Positions 42,336 through 56,461 of a stretch of DNA of 64,000 bases are shown here, piece after piece. Position numbers and translations under genes: made by a program. Under the pieces are notes generated by a model that made no database searches, was not told where the DNA came from, and was given only the letters and a program-made list of their open reading frames with translations. The stretch spans positions 30,568,001 through 30,632,000 of the forward strand of contig CM119371.1 in assembly GCA_051294905.1 (NCBI GenBank). Reading direction: 5' to 3'. The stretch comes from Botryllus schlosseri (lineage: Eukaryota). The number at the start of each line of letters is the position of its first letter. The stretch's first letter is position 1.

Positions 42336-43981
42336 TACGGTAACGCAACAACGGCTCACATTTAATTGATTCGATGATCAGGTTCAATGATAGACTACTC
42401 TATAACAGGTGCATGCTGACGTTATTACTAACGGATCAGGGAAAAATTGTTGCGTACAATAAATATTTTTTGTTATTTCAACACTTGATATTGCATTGCA
42501 TATTGTTATTATTATTACTGCTTATCAGTACAAATGTAAAGTATCCAATTTGTAAGTTCAATAGTTTCATGGTATAATGTGTAGCGTATTTGACGTTAAC
42601 TTGATATACTCTCTGTGACCCTCCATATCCATACTGCATCGCGGGTTGCGACCTCCCTTTTGGGAAGCACCGATCGACACGGTTGGGTACAAAGGAAGAG
42701 AAATATTGATGTAACTACACTACATGCTGGCGATTTAACCGAATTATTTCATGCGGAGCTAATGTTTTGATCTGCCGAATGTAGGGGTATAAGCGATTTA
42801 ATCCTTGCTATGGGCCTCGGTCCCCGCGTTACCATCAACACTATAGATATCCTGCATTCCTCTCGTCGGTTACAACTAAGAGGGAAGCGGAAAGTTATAC
42901 GCCTGTACTAAACTAGTGAGTTCAGAGGGCTATCGCTGTAGTTGCATTGGCGCAAGATAACATGTCGTTATTACTCACATGTCTTCTCGGTCCAGTTTAT
43001 TGTGACACTTCTTCTGGCGACGGCAGGGGTGTAGCTTGTCAAAACCGTTGTCAATAGGAATAAGAAAACGCCTTTATAAAATGCCATCCAATAACGAATG
43101 GCACTATTTTTTTGAGTGCCAAGACGGTTTATAATTATCTGCAGCTAAGATATCACTATAGAAAGAGCAGAAATGGGAAAAGTAGAGTCGCTCCAGTCAA
43201 ATGAAATGATGAATACTGACATCACATCAAGATCTCGACATCTGTTTAAACCGGTCATGCAACGTCTAAAAATACAAATACCGGAGGCCGGAATTTACAA
43301 AGTGAGTAAGGTGCAGACAAACGTGGTGTCCATAAATAGTTTGAGTTGAGCTCAATCCTGCAGTTTTTATTTTAAAGGCTAATTACTAAGTCCGATAACG
43401 CTATTTTTCGCTCCCTTCATCAATTTTTCTTATCAGGTATACATAATAGGTACACTATTCACGTATGACATTGCATTTGTAAACCCACGCCCAAAAACCT
43501 TCGTTTGCATTGAACCTTCAGAAATCTTTCCATGCATGCGCACTGCGCAGCCAGCCCCTCTGTGGCCGGTAATAATCAACAACCATCACCACCAACAATA
43601 TCATAGACTAGTCGTGAAATGGCTGACAGGATCGTGTCTGTTACTAGCTTTATAATGTCTCAATACATGATATTTACAATATCTCATTACGAAACTATGC
43701 AATATGACGAACGACCCTAAAATGTACCCATAATTCCTCCCAAAAATATCCTATTACGTTACATGGGCATTCCCCATGTTAAATTTATTACACATGTTAA
43801 AGGATGGTTACATATCTGCCCATATTGGGGAAGTTTCAAATGAAAATTCCATCCACCACAATTATCATGCCAGATCTCCATCAATTCATTTTTTTCAGAT
43901 TTTTTCATATTGTCGCCTCTACATACTTTAGCCATATAATCGCATACTTGAAAACCGATTAGGTGAGAGATAATTCTATAG

Positions 43982-44767
43982 GAGTGGTCGGAAACCTATG
44001 GCTCTTTTGAGTATATGATATCGCTCTTTGCCAAACATTTATTTTTATACTGAAATTGCAGCGACTTTTTGGTAAATTTTCATCACGGCCAGAATAATTA
44101 TTCTCGTGGCAGTATAAACATGTCTGTCTTTGAAAGGTAAAGACAATGCCATCTTCAGATTTAGGGGCTCTTACCCCATCTTTTTAAAATCATCAACTTT
44201 AAGTTACTGTCACGCCAGCGGCCAATATCACTCGCGCCGCCCATATCAAAACGCATTTTTCAAATACACACTGTCTTCCTGATGTACGGCGCGAAATAAA
44301 CTGCTGTGGAGGTGATATTCACAGTTACAAACTCGAATTACAAACAACACTATAGCTATCCATATCCACGTTCTTGATTGGTAAGTATAGCTACGTGTGG
44401 TACCGGCGATAAAATGTATGCAAGTATAGCGCAACGTTAAGTTACCGCTGAATACTTTGAGAATTGAGAAGTCGACAAGTATTTAGATTTTCGAAATCAG
44501 TGTGACAGTCACATTCGATTAATATCAGTTAATAAATTCTAAGCTACTTATAATGAATTGTGTTATCAATGGTGAAGCTTGGCCCGTGTGAGAAAATATG
44601 GCGAACACCAGTAATCCCATGTAGTGAGTTCGAATAAGTGCTACCATGACGTCACTAATTTTCAATTGTGACGCAACAGTTGATTGACATGTATGGCTTT
44701 TTGGGAGTTCAGATGGAAAAAATAGGGCCGATATGGCTCTTCGGACAAATAAGGCTCCCGACCACTG
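43982..44767. mobile_element. MITE related to 41436-42318, opposite orientation
   Basis: Ends GAGTGGTCGGAAACCTATGGCTC / GGCTCCCGACCACTG; flanks TTCTATAG / TTCTACAA; terminal regions resemble the 41436 element. Confidence 0.7.
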
Positions 44768-45624
44768 TTCTACAAGAATATCATATGTCCTATTTCAAGA
44801 GGATTTATCCACTTTTTTCAATAAATGAAAACCGATCAGGTTGGAGCTGATCAGGGATATCATGTGTCGTCTTTTGAGAGGATTTATCCACTTTTTCCAA
44901 TAAAACTGAAATGTCCCCGAATACTCTCGAATGTCTTCTTTTTTCGCAATCCGTCCTTTCGCCACAAAGTACACATAGAAATCGGCCTTTTTCGCAACTG
45001 CCGCGTCGGCTGACTAAAAAAGATCAACCGAACGGAAACGCGGATTTAAGGTACCGTTGCCGTAAGAACCTACCGGGCGAGCAGCATTATCTGTAGAAAT
45101 TTTCCACACTTATTTCTGTTATTGTAACTCGGAAAAGTGTTCTATATTACGGACCCTAAAATAGGGTAACCCCATGACATTATGCCCGTAGCCTTTTTCT
45201 ACATCAATAGGAAGCAGAGATTCCCACGACTCCTTGGATTTTGACTCGCGTTCTTTCGTGATCTTCAACTCACACCTGGCGCACGGAACATGAATTTGGG
45301 ATAACGATTTCAACTCGCCGTGGGTAAGTCAAGGTCAGAGAAAATTGTATTAAGCACATTTCCAGCGAAGATCTTACTTCCAATATATCATGTACGTTCA
45401 CTTGTCACTGGGATGATTCGTTATTAAAACCAGGACCGTAACAGCACCTCGTCAGCCCCCCCCCCAAAAAACGTTGGTCTTGGGCCCCCATAGGGTGATA
45501 AACCGAACCGATTGGTCGTGTTTGCCGCGACTTATCGTCGTCAGGTATTGTACTGTTTAGTGACACGCGTTACTTGGCCTAACTGCGCCTAGCGCGAAAA
45601 ATTTAAACAGTTCGTGATTAAAGC

Positions 45625-46180
45625 TTTCAATATGATCGGGAATTGCATAAAATATACGTTGCTATCAATTTTTTTATCCTCCCTGCTCACGTAATCAGAT
45701 TTCCCGGTAGATCTGAATGAGGTGTCTTGGGAACTGTAGAGCCCGTGAATAATAATCAAACAATAAACATATTCGGGTTGTATAATGACTTCATTACATG
45801 ATATTGTTTCGTGACCTCCTGTCTGCTATGTCAAACGATATTGAAATCGCCCAAACGTACTAAAATAAAACAGGGAAAGGATTCCAAATTGGTGTTTCTT
45901 CACTGGCGATTGAATTTGCCTTGCGGGTAGGCATTTGTCTTGTCGGGTTCAGATTGTCAGGACAGGGACATTCAGCGCCAGACCTTTAGGCGCCTATGGA
46001 CAATTAAACACATAGGCCTACGTATCTATCGAGGTTTCTGTCGGCATAAGGGCAGTCCTTTTCAGCCCAGGTTTTCTCGCCGCCGATCGTTTTGGCGCTA
46101 TTCTTGGAGTCACATGTTACATGGCCTAAAACTGTATATGTCACGGTGCGTCGTGGTGCCGACGCCGAAATGCCCATTTG
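45625..46180 (-). repeat. Interspersed repeat; inverted homologue of 39775-40230
   Basis: Collinear reverse-complement similarity to 39775-40230. Confidence 0.75.
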
Positions 46181-47707
46181 TAGAAATCATGCCTATTTTT
46201 CTTTCGGGGAGAGTACCCAATAACCCAGGCAGATCTTTGGCAACATTGAGACACTTCACACCATGACCGTTCCCGGCAACTATTCATTACATGACCAGAT
46301 TGACCACTAACGATTTCGTTGAGTATAGTAATAGTAAGACGATATGAAAAAACAGATTAGTCCTGACTTTACCGGAAATGGACATGGACAGATTGGACAG
46401 TTTACCATAGGTATATATTTGGTGTCCAGTTAGTTTATTGCGACTATGTCCTCGAGTGCTGCCATAGGCTACATAAGTAATCGAAACGCGGCCTGAATGG
46501 CAAAAAGGTTGACCAAATGACCAATCCTGTTCTAAAATAATGTTTCAATCTATGGTTCATATTTGAGGCCGAGAGCTAACCTCGGACAAATGGGGTGGCT
46601 ATACGAATGGATACGGAGCTTATTAGCTATAAATGTAGCATCTGATATCATTGTTCACTTTTGTATGATGCTTGCTCGGGTTATTAGATGCTGAGTGATG
46701 ATAGCGTATACTGCATATAGCTTATTATGTTGGACACGGCGTGAATGCACATTATTATGAATGACGCAGCCGGAGAGTTGTTCCTTCCTACCATGACGGC
46801 ACATGCGGTGATTTATCCGTTACTGATCAGCTGTTCTTCTCAATACGCATAACTTCAACGCAATTTCACGCTTCCCACCGGCGTGATTCAGACGAGCAGT
46901 TGAGCTACGTGATGGCCAAGGACGTATGTAGCCTACTTGCAATTTCACGATAGCGAAACTGCTATCGAACAACGGTATTACTTTACCTTCCGGTCTGTTT
47001 TGATGGTTTGCAAGCGTAGATGTGGCTCCGAAATCAGAATTATAGTCACGTAGCAACAATAGCGAGTCTAAAATCCGCCTACTACTGCGTGCATGGTTAG
47101 CAGTTTTCGGAGGCTGTCTGATTGCATGCTGTGCATTGCATTGCAATTCTTTACGTTTGCTTGGCCGTGTCACGTTTTTGCAGAATGAGCAACATGCAGA
47201 TGGACTTGATTTTGGAAGAGGTGGTCGAAGTAGTCCTCAAGTAGAAGAAGTAACGTAGTAACATTTTACTCAAATACAAGTAGAAACACGTTACCGGCCA
47301 CATTTAGATATTGCCAGTCACGTAATTTGGTATAATCCATAAACATGCGGTTCTTGGCCGATGTTTATACTAATCCCAGGAGATGGCTGATCCATTCTCA
47401 GGGGTTCGGCTGAGGTCGAGACACACACCCGACTGATATATTTGGTGATGACAGGCCCGTCTCGGCCATCATTGGCTTCAGGGAACTAGGTTTGATTTTG
47501 TCCAAGGTGAAGCCTTGTATTTACGAACTGTTATTCTCTCCTAAAGAAAACGGCTGAAGTCACGCGGATTTGCAATGAATATCCATTATTATCCATCCAT
47601 TCGTTTGGTGTGAAAATCAGGGTTTAATGCTGTTATTCTTTTAACACTGTCGATCGTTGAAGCTCTGGTAATATTCTGCATCAGTAGTCTCCATAGTAGG
47701 GTTACCA

Positions 47708-48846
47708 TAGGGTTGCCATGAGTCCGGAATTTCCCGGACATGTCCGGAATTCCACTGTTCAAACTTGCGTCCGGGAGGAATTCTGAAATATGCCTAAATG
47801 TCCGGAATTTTGGAGGCTTGACGTAGGCTAATAATTTTTTCGTAAATCAACATGATAACATTATTTTTGGGAATACATGCTGCATGATATTTTTCGTCGC
47901 ACTGCGCGCGATTTACTATCACATTTATTGATTTTAATATGGGGACTATAACCCTCGCAAATGCAATAAAATATAAAAAAAAGCCTTCATTTACTGAAAT
48001 AAACCTTGTTATCGCAATTATAGGAGAACGGTATATAGCTAGAGATGGCTAAGGCCGTAAATGCTTTATTGAAAGATAGCGGTTCCAAACATGGGGGATC
48101 GTTTGCCTTCATTCTGGGGTTCGCGAAGATGTTGAACGTAATCAGCTTCCAAAATAGCCCGCGAGTATGTCTGGGCAAAGGTCCTGACTTCTTTTAGTAA
48201 TCAGCTCGTCAAATTTGATCTGGGCCACGGAACATTTTCAAATGGGAGATGGAGTCGCGACCATAAAAGGTTGGAAAAACCACTGGATGTGGGGTAGGCC
48301 TATTTATAAAGTTCCGTGGTGCCCACCGGCATAAGGCTGATAAACAATGTTATCGGTGTGACATGAACACGACTTAATGATGTGCAATTGTACGCTACCT
48401 GTATTTTCGAAGTGATTATCCTCCACCAGCTCTACCGCTAACTCTGATCATGTGGGAGGAGAGAGGATCAAACTATATATAGTAATATGGAAGAACCAAT
48501 ATTATTGACAGAATTCGTTCAAAATATTGAACGACCAGATGAATATAGAATCCAGATGCATATATAGCAAGCCACTTCAGAAGTTGCATCGATTATACCC
48601 TATGGTGGGGGCAAAATGATTGTTTATTTGGGCGGGAAGGGGGTGAAAAAATTTGATTTCGGTCCCGGTTACACAATACACAGCCAAATACTCCTGAACC
48701 GGATCGTGACCAACTTTTGTTTATAAGCAAAGCTTTGTTAGTGTGACGTCATATTGACAGACAATGTGCTCATAGCTCATTTTGAAATCCACTGGTGGGC
48801 GCTAAAAAGTGTCCGGAATTCGGGTCAGAGAAATATGGTAACCCTA
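47708..48846. mobile_element. Nested hAT MITE A
   Basis: TIR TAGGGTTGCCAT / ATGGTAACCCTA; perfect TSD GGTTACCA (47700-47707, 48847-48854); subterminal GTCCGGAATT repeats. Confidence 0.88.
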
Positions 48847-48855
48847 GGTTACCAT

Positions 48856-49572
48856 CAGTGGTGGCCCACGATTTGGAGGCCCTGGACGAAACTTCCAGGG
48901 TGCCCCTATAAGTATGCAATCGTAGATTCTGGGGGCTCCGCCACCCAGACCCCCCTTGTGCATCTTCTATTACCAACTAATATTAGTGCGCGATATGGAA
49001 AGGAATTACATGATGTGTACATGACACTATAAGACGGCTTTGAAGCAGGCTTAAATGTTGAACTGCTCCAGCTCCTGGGCCTTCTTTTATCATACATTGT
49101 CAAATTATGAAAGAAGCAACCCGGTTAACTGTAGCTCATGCCTGCATGTGGAAGATGTACGGTATGTAGCGTGGAATAACAGATTAGCGATACTACAGTT
49201 GCAGGCTAAATAGACCACACTAATCTGGAAAGCTATCGGCTGACATTAGTAATATGCCAGCACATCACGCCAAGGTTTGAGCCAGTCGCTGGATTACGCC
49301 ATATCTATATTATTGCACGGTTGCAAGTTCATACTGCATTAAAACTACGCAGTTTACCTCTGCCGCATGCAGAGACTTGATGATTAGCGGGATATATGGG
49401 ACTTTTCTAACAAATGCAGAAATTTGATGATTGACCCAACAGTGCGGAATCATCTTCTTGATTGGTACACGGATTTCCACGTTTATTCGCTATATTCCTT
49501 GAAAAAAGGCGCTTAAACCAAAGGGGGCCCCTGGGTAACCGCCCACTTCGCCCGCCCCAAAAGCCATCACTG
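48856..49572. mobile_element. Nested hAT MITE B
   Basis: TIR CAGTGGTGGC / GCCATCACTG; perfect TSD GTTACCAT (48848-48855, 49573-49580). Confidence 0.85.
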
Positions 49573-50989
49573 GTTACCATACGTCCTCTTTAAAGAGTAT
49601 TTGTCCTCTTTGTTCCATAAAAGTGGATGCTTAAATGTCCTCTTTTTTGGGAATTTGTCATCTTTTTCAAAATATGGTAACCCGACTCCATAACCATCTG
49701 CATTATGTGTGTAATTCGATGTTCAGAGTAGTAGACGGTATTGTGTATAAGCTAAAATTTACGGCTGCCGAAGGGCTGCAGACTAAAGTGTAAGTTCGCC
49801 GGGTTAGTGAAGGTTAACAAACACTACGCTAAAGGTTAAGTTCTGAGACAGTGCATAGAATCGGTAATCAGGCGAAAATTGATGTGTATAAAACGGATTT
49901 AATCTTGGTAATGAAGGCTTAGCAACGCTTCGTATTTCAGTACGAATTAACCGTTGTAAACTACACCATTTTTGCGAAAACACAAAAGACCATGCCCGTT
50001 GCCTTTGATCGAACTTATTAAGTCATATTTCCTACAGTGGGGTAAATCACTTAACCATCGCGTAGCACGGAAATGCTGTTTCCACAAGCATTGTGTTGCC
50101 TTCTGATACGAGGTTTCGATGCTACGCTATTCGTGGTTTGAGATTGTGTAATTTTGCTACTCGATATAAGCGGCTTTTGCTATATTCTCGCACCGAACAC
50201 TCGCATCATTGCGCCACGGCGTGACTATGTAGCACTTGACTCCAAGAAGCTGTAGTCCTGTTGCCCGGCTTGCAATCGTGTGAAGATATTAGAAGTTACG
50301 AAATCGAATAATATTTAACGCCGATGCTTGGTATATATTGATATCCAAGGTTCAATGACGCATTCAAATTCACGACTAATAGATAACTTGTTTCTATAAG
50401 CGCCGCTGCATACATTTAGCGGTCGAGATTACATTTCAGACTTTGCAATGATGCTTTAAACTGAGCCTATTCCAATCAGAGTAAAGTCTTGCATGCCCAT
50501 CGGACCTATGGACGTTTAAATAAACAAAAGTCGAAGAACGTCTGATTACTTGTGTATATCCGGTCTTTTCCAGTCGCAAAAACACATGACATAGGTTGCG
50601 ATATTTATCACGCAGAACTGACGTGCTGCATGCGACCAAGATAATTCACGTGTCAGCGGAATTGCCGATCTTTGCACTTGTGATTCCACGGGAATTACCA
50701 GTTTACCACGCCAGGACTTCCTCGTTAGGAATATAGAACTTTCCATATAAAGGATAGTGCTCATCTTTACGCTCAGTATTAGTATATTTCTGTATCGTAT
50801 GCGTTGCTAGAAATATTCGACATTTCTGCAAATCTGAGGCTATGCCTGCCTTGACACAGAAACGAGAGAAACCAGTTGCAGGTTGGTATAATATACATTA
50901 TACAGCAATGTGACTGATTGATAATTTGATAGTGCCTCATTTAGTGGCGGTAAGTTACTTTTTAGGAGTTTAGTGAATGCTGTTCCGAC

Positions 50990-52017
50990 TAGGGATGGTG
51001 TGAACCTCTGAATGGTTCAGGTTCGAGTGAACGCGAACCTTTTTGAAAGGTTCAGTGTGAACACGAACGTGAACCTCATGACCCCACGTGACGTCATATT
51101 GGTAATTCTAACCCTGCATTTCAGTGAAGTGATATATTAACGTACAATACGATATCTAGTGACGACGCGGGCCTCATTATGCCACAATGCTGAAGTACAT
51201 ACTGACTTTTTAAAGGTCGCCAAATATATCAACTGGGGCAATAAAATGATATAATTATCCCATAAAATCAATATCTTCCGTCGCTTTGCCAACAATTTCG
51301 ACGAAGACTTGCAAGGGAATATAAGCTTACGCCTTAAACGGTCTATAGGCCAGACCGGACTATGTATTCGGCGTCTTAGTACTGCTACATTGATATTGAA
51401 TAGAATGTAAAAATGGTTTTTATACTTGTTACCTATATCATCCCAATAACAAGTTATACATGAGTTTCCAACACCCCAACCACACCTATTTGTTTTTTTA
51501 TGATACAATACACATATCAAATCAAGATGGTCTCCGTATACGCCTGCTAGATTTTTTACATTTGACAACGATGTATTCTGATATGAATTTCATTGATTGG
51601 TTGAATAAGCATCAGTCGCCGACTATAGGCCTACCTATATGTAGCGTATTTCGCTCTTGATATTGTGTGATTGCGGGTCAAGCTCACAGTAGAGAGTCAT
51701 TAAATATTTAAAAACGGAAAACTGGATGTTTCGAGCAAACTTTTGTAACAAATCAACTAAAATTTTTGAGATTGTCAATGTTGCATGCTCGTTTAGTTTT
51801 GATTTTTTATGCTGTCAGTGCCGTGCATAGAGTGGCCCTCAGTTCAAATGTAATGAATTTTAACCAAAAATGTTAACCAATAACGTGGAAAATTGCAATA
51901 TATGAAAAAGGTTCACAGTGCAGAACCTACCAAGGTTCGTTTGTGAACGTGAACCTCTAAATTTCTGAGGTTCACGCACAGAACGCGAACGTGAACCTCG
52001 CGTTCACACCATCCCTA
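50990..52017. mobile_element. hAT-like MITE with GTGAAC subterminal repeats
   Basis: TIR TAGGGATGGTGTGAAC / GTTCACACCATCCCTA; perfect TSD GTTCCGAC. Confidence 0.93.
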
Positions 52018-52271
52018 GTTCCGACCCAATAGTGGTTTAGATTCTAGGTCTAATTTCTGGTTATGACATAGATCCGGGAAATTCTGTAGCGATTCATCAC
52101 TGATGAATAAATCTCCTTTCACAATGCAGAAATTCGTGGAATCACAAAATACCTATACACATTGCTCAAATATCACGAACGCTAGTATTGGGAAACGAAT
52201 GGATTTCAATTATACCTATGTCGGCGTAACTTCACTGTTCGACAATATCACTCAATCCGACTGTTTTTTAG

Positions 52272-52416
52272 CTGCTGCGAACCCATGTAGTGGCCGGTAC
52301 GAGGGTGGCGATGGAAGCGTTATCCTCATGGTCGACATTGATCAAACAAGCGAATATGCGAAGTCCCTGGGTTTCGTAAGCGGTACCATCGCCAAACCGG
52401 ACCAAGATTCGTCATG
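52272..52416 (+). CDS. Metzincin-type zinc metallopeptidase, first identified exon (true start uncertain; ORF is open back to 52103)
   Basis: ttttttag acceptor, gtgag donor; AANPCSGRYEGGDGSVILMVDIDQTSEYAKSLGFVSGTIAKPDQDSS; ends in phase 2, joining the next exon to give TGG (W). Confidence 0.7.
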
Positions 52417-52897
52417 GTGAGCTGAAATTTTCATCCATGATCGAACATGCGGTACTTGAATTAGAGGGATTATTTATTGATCGCGAGGATCCGAGTCGAG
52501 CAGTATGATGAGAGTCTGATTTTTCGAATACTAACTGTGCTACCCGGAAGAAGAAAAACTATAGCTATTTTATCAACGGGAATTTTCGTATGACACTTAC
52601 ATCCAAGCATGAAAGTCCTGAAACCTTAATGGGCTTTATAATTGTATCAAAAATAGCAAGCGTGGCTCATGACGCTACATGTTTATGACCTCATTGTGTA
52701 GCGACATTGGAAGGAAGCGCTGTAGTCATGGTTTTGTTTAACAAATACAAAATATTTTGTTAAGTTGAAGTTGCCTTATGTTCAATCTGAAAGTTGGAAA
52801 ATGTACGACTATGAACGTTGAAATATATTATTTTTGTGTGTGACGAGATAATGAATTGCAGTCGAATACTTGCCTCAAATTGCTTAAAACTCTATCA

Positions 52898-53173
52898 CAG
52901 TGGTTCTCAAATTATGGGGGGAAGGCAAAAGCATCTGAAAAGGGGCACGACACCGCGGTCAACTAAAAATAAATTCGCTCGCTGTGCGATTTACCTCCGA
53001 ATCATCGTTCTTGCTCTGTATATAATCCAGATTTCATAGTTGTGAATTCTCCCATCAAAAGTTATAACCTTTCATGCCATCAAACTTTCCGTTGGGATTG
53101 CTAGCATTCTAGGTGCATTTTGTGATATGACTCTGATACAGTGGGGGGTGTCTAAGAAGTTTGAGAACTCCTG
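52898..53173. mobile_element. Degenerate Charlie-like MITE in a peptidase intron
   Basis: CAGTGGTTCTCAAA / TTTGAGAACTCCTG ends; no TSD seen. Confidence 0.5.
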
Positions 53174-53485
53174 CAGTCCATCCGGAATCATCAGATATTC
53201 TATTCTGCCCACCTTTGATGTAACACTTGGTGCAGTATTGCTATGAGCCTTTGCCACCCTGAGAAATCCTTACGCAAATCTACAAGCCTGTGACGAACCG
53301 CAAAATTTTTCCGAGTCACAACAACGAGAATCAACCACATTACACATCTAATACGATACCATAGAATACTGTTACACGAAATGAGCTGAATTAACATCAA
53401 GACCAGTAAAATGTGATTTTCAAACAAAACAGAATGCTAACAATGAATATTTACTGCAAATCAGCGAGACCTTGGCTTTATGAGT

Positions 53486-53533
53486 TGTGTGTGTGTGTAT
53501 TTGTGTGTGTATGTGTGTGCGTGAGAGTGTGTG
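53486..53533. repeat. Interrupted (TG)n microsatellite
   Basis: Direct reading. Confidence 0.85.
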
Positions 53534-54192
53534 GAAAGCTAGCGAACCCCTGAGACTGACTCAGGGAATCCTTGAGATCGTGTGAACCCCAGTTACGAAC
53601 CACACAGTCTTCGTGCCAATGGCCAATGAGTTTCTGTACTCCGAGATGTAGTTTACGTCCTCGTTTCGAATCATTACAATTAATAACCCATTCGGATTCG
53701 ATCACTCGAATGCTGGAAATATGTATGTGCATTTAGGGTTGTTCAGATTTGAAAAATTGTCAGGAATCTTCTGCTATTGTGATCCAAATGATGGTTCGGT
53801 ACACAAAAACACTTTTATGAGCAATTTTGGTCATCTTCATCGAGATCTTGCTTCCCCTCAAAGCCCCCAAAGTCAGGCGCCAATTCTCCTACTTATTGGG
53901 GATTCCCCAGACTTTACCAAGCTCATATTGCAAAGCAGTGCTCTGCGATGATGATAGTACCTTTAGTAGAGTTTGCAGTTAAAAACGACCTTCTGTAGTT
54001 GAGAAATATCAAGATAATATATCTTTTGACAATTAGACTTAACACTTAACTACATATGCCAGATATCCCTGTTTCCAAACTTTTACACAAACACAACCCG
54101 CAAACCATGACAACTTTTTGATAATTTCCTGGTGTCAAAGAAACCATGACCATTGACCTTACCAGTTTCCATGACAATCATTACCAATTTAG

Positions 54193-54439
54193 GCCGGCAG
54201 ATGCATCTTCGCTATACTTCAAGATCATTCCGACTACGGTGGTGATATCTGGCTCTGGAAACGTATACCAAGTCGAAGCCAGCACCAAAACCTTCTACAA
54301 CGACGGCACCCGGTGCGGCGGATCTATCACCGCCAATATCCGTTTCGATGGCGACTCCGGAAATTGGAAGGCAGATTTGGAATTGGAAACGCGGGACCGG
54401 CACAAATTGTCTTTCGAAAACTTGGAGCGAAAAAGCAAG
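54193..54439 (+). CDS. Metallopeptidase exon 2
   Basis: tttag acceptor, gtgaag donor; (W)PADASSLYFKIIPTT...FENLERKSK; phase 2-0; more GC-rich than flanking introns. Confidence 0.75.
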
Positions 54440-56461
54440 GTGAAGATCGTTAGGATGATCCGTAACATGGCCAATTAGTGACACACGCATCAAAGTTGTT
54501 ACGACGATATGGCTTGACCATAGAAACATGTGTATTGCAATCGCTTGCACGGACGACGAAACTGAAATCAAATCTCCTGTCGTCACTATTTCAAACTCGC
54601 AATTCGTCAAGGGTCTCCTTATTGTGCTCTGCGGGTCTCATTTGCACCGTGCGGCACAGGCTGCGGTCACAGGGCTATGCGGCGACGGTAATTTCGGAGC
54701 ATGGACATACCAGTATCGAACGTATATTGGCCAACATGTCGCGGTTATTTAATTTCAAGGTTTTATCGCCTCCGTTCATTTTAGCAGCGCACTTCACGGA
54801 ATCGCATGTGGCCGGAAACGTCGTATGTCTTGGTGTCTCCTAGGTTGGAAATCCTCATGACCGAAATGCTGGTTCCTAATATAGTCGTTCTTCCACAGGC
54901 TGCAGTGTACGCACCCCTAGATTAAAACAACCCAACTGCCGCATACGATATTAGCATTCCATTCTCTCATAATTGCTAATACGGTTGGATTCATTTCTGT
55001 ATATCAAGTATATTTAGTATTTTTCCGATAATTATTGGGGGTATGCACAGTAATACGAAGAAATCCAGTTCCATTAAATCGCGCGAAGCGTGGAGTAAAT
55101 TTTCAAAATAAATTGAATCTGCCCCAAAAGACTCTACTTTATGTTGATTTACGAAATAAATTTTATTCACCTTCGAGCTTTTTCCATTTAGAAAACTTCC
55201 GTTTCACTTTTTACAACAAACATGATTATAAGATGTCTTTGTCAATTCATATGGCATGTCATGAAAAATCATCTCGCTTGCCACAAGTGACACGCGTGTC
55301 AGGGCTTGCCGACGCCTGTTCTAACCCAACCCTAACTGTGCTTAAATGTCAAATGCTATTATGTCCCGTGCTTATATGTTCACGGGTCATATTGTTGTAC
55401 TTCGCAAGGATAAGTATGAGTATGTTTGTAAGTTTATTAACTTTAAAACTTTCTCAACCAGAATTAGATAAATGCACTATTGGGGGCATCAAATGGTATT
55501 TACTTGGCTGTGAAAGTACATCTGCGATCATTCACTACTTCAGCCAATACCAAATATCGCCTATTGTTTTTCCGCTATACCGAAGGTCATGCATTCTACA
55601 AACAAAACAACCAATAAGTCTTGCAGTCATCGTTTCAGTTTATATTAAAGAATCGTAGACTTGACTTTTCGAAACGCAAGCAGTCCCACATATACCTGAC
55701 GTGCAGTTTCACTTTGCCTTGAAATGAACAATACTTATGATTTTCCTGCGTAAAGTTTCGCAACAGTATTCATTTACGAAATGACTGTACATCTATCAGC
55801 GACACTATCATGAGTATTTCGATATTTTGATGTGAGCTACGTGCCGTGACTTTGATATGGTGAATATATTCCAGTTTCCATAACTAAAATATCCTTTATA
55901 TTGACCAGGGAAAATGGTTATTTTGGTGTAACTCCGTTATCGGAGACTATATGCCATTACAATATCCGATTATCTGTTACGGGGATTTTTGCATAGATAT
56001 CTGATGAGTGATGACACAATCTTCGGTCTCGGTGACTTAAACATGTGATCGTGTCGATGCAAGACAACGGAAAGTACCCGTGCTTAGAATACGCTTGTTC
56101 CTGAATGCTGAACGCTGGTCACTCTTTGTTGTATATTTTAAGATCATTTTTAATATCATTGGTACTACCAGATATGCATAATGCGTACATATCAAATCAA
56201 TACCGTAAACACCTATTTTATTAAAATTACAGATTGGTATCGGATGGATTCGTGTATGTTTGTGTTTTGTAAAAAGACAGTATAGATGACGAAACAAATG
56301 AAGCAATATTATCGTAAACCTATAATTGTTATCAATTGACGTGAATCGTCCTCATAATTTTGTTGTCGCGTGCGCTCACGCGTGAATAAATACGCCTATT
56401 TTTACCCATGGATTTACGGGACAATTTGCACACGCGTATTCAATGCCCTTTTATCTTCTAG

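Larger units (their letters stand above)
47697..49685. mobile_element. Tiny (~120-bp) hAT MITE hosting two nested insertions
   Basis: TIR TAGGGTTACCAT / ATGGTAACCCGA; TSD CTCCATAG / CTCCATAA; left TIR interrupted by nested elements. Confidence 0.8.

Noticed and set aside
54302..54325. DGTRCGGS as an MMP-like cysteine switch
   Set aside because: Only RCG matches the PRCGxPD consensus; insufficient
55035..55658. 207-aa ORF
   Set aside because: Lies in a peptidase intron, AT-rich, no recognisable domain or splice support
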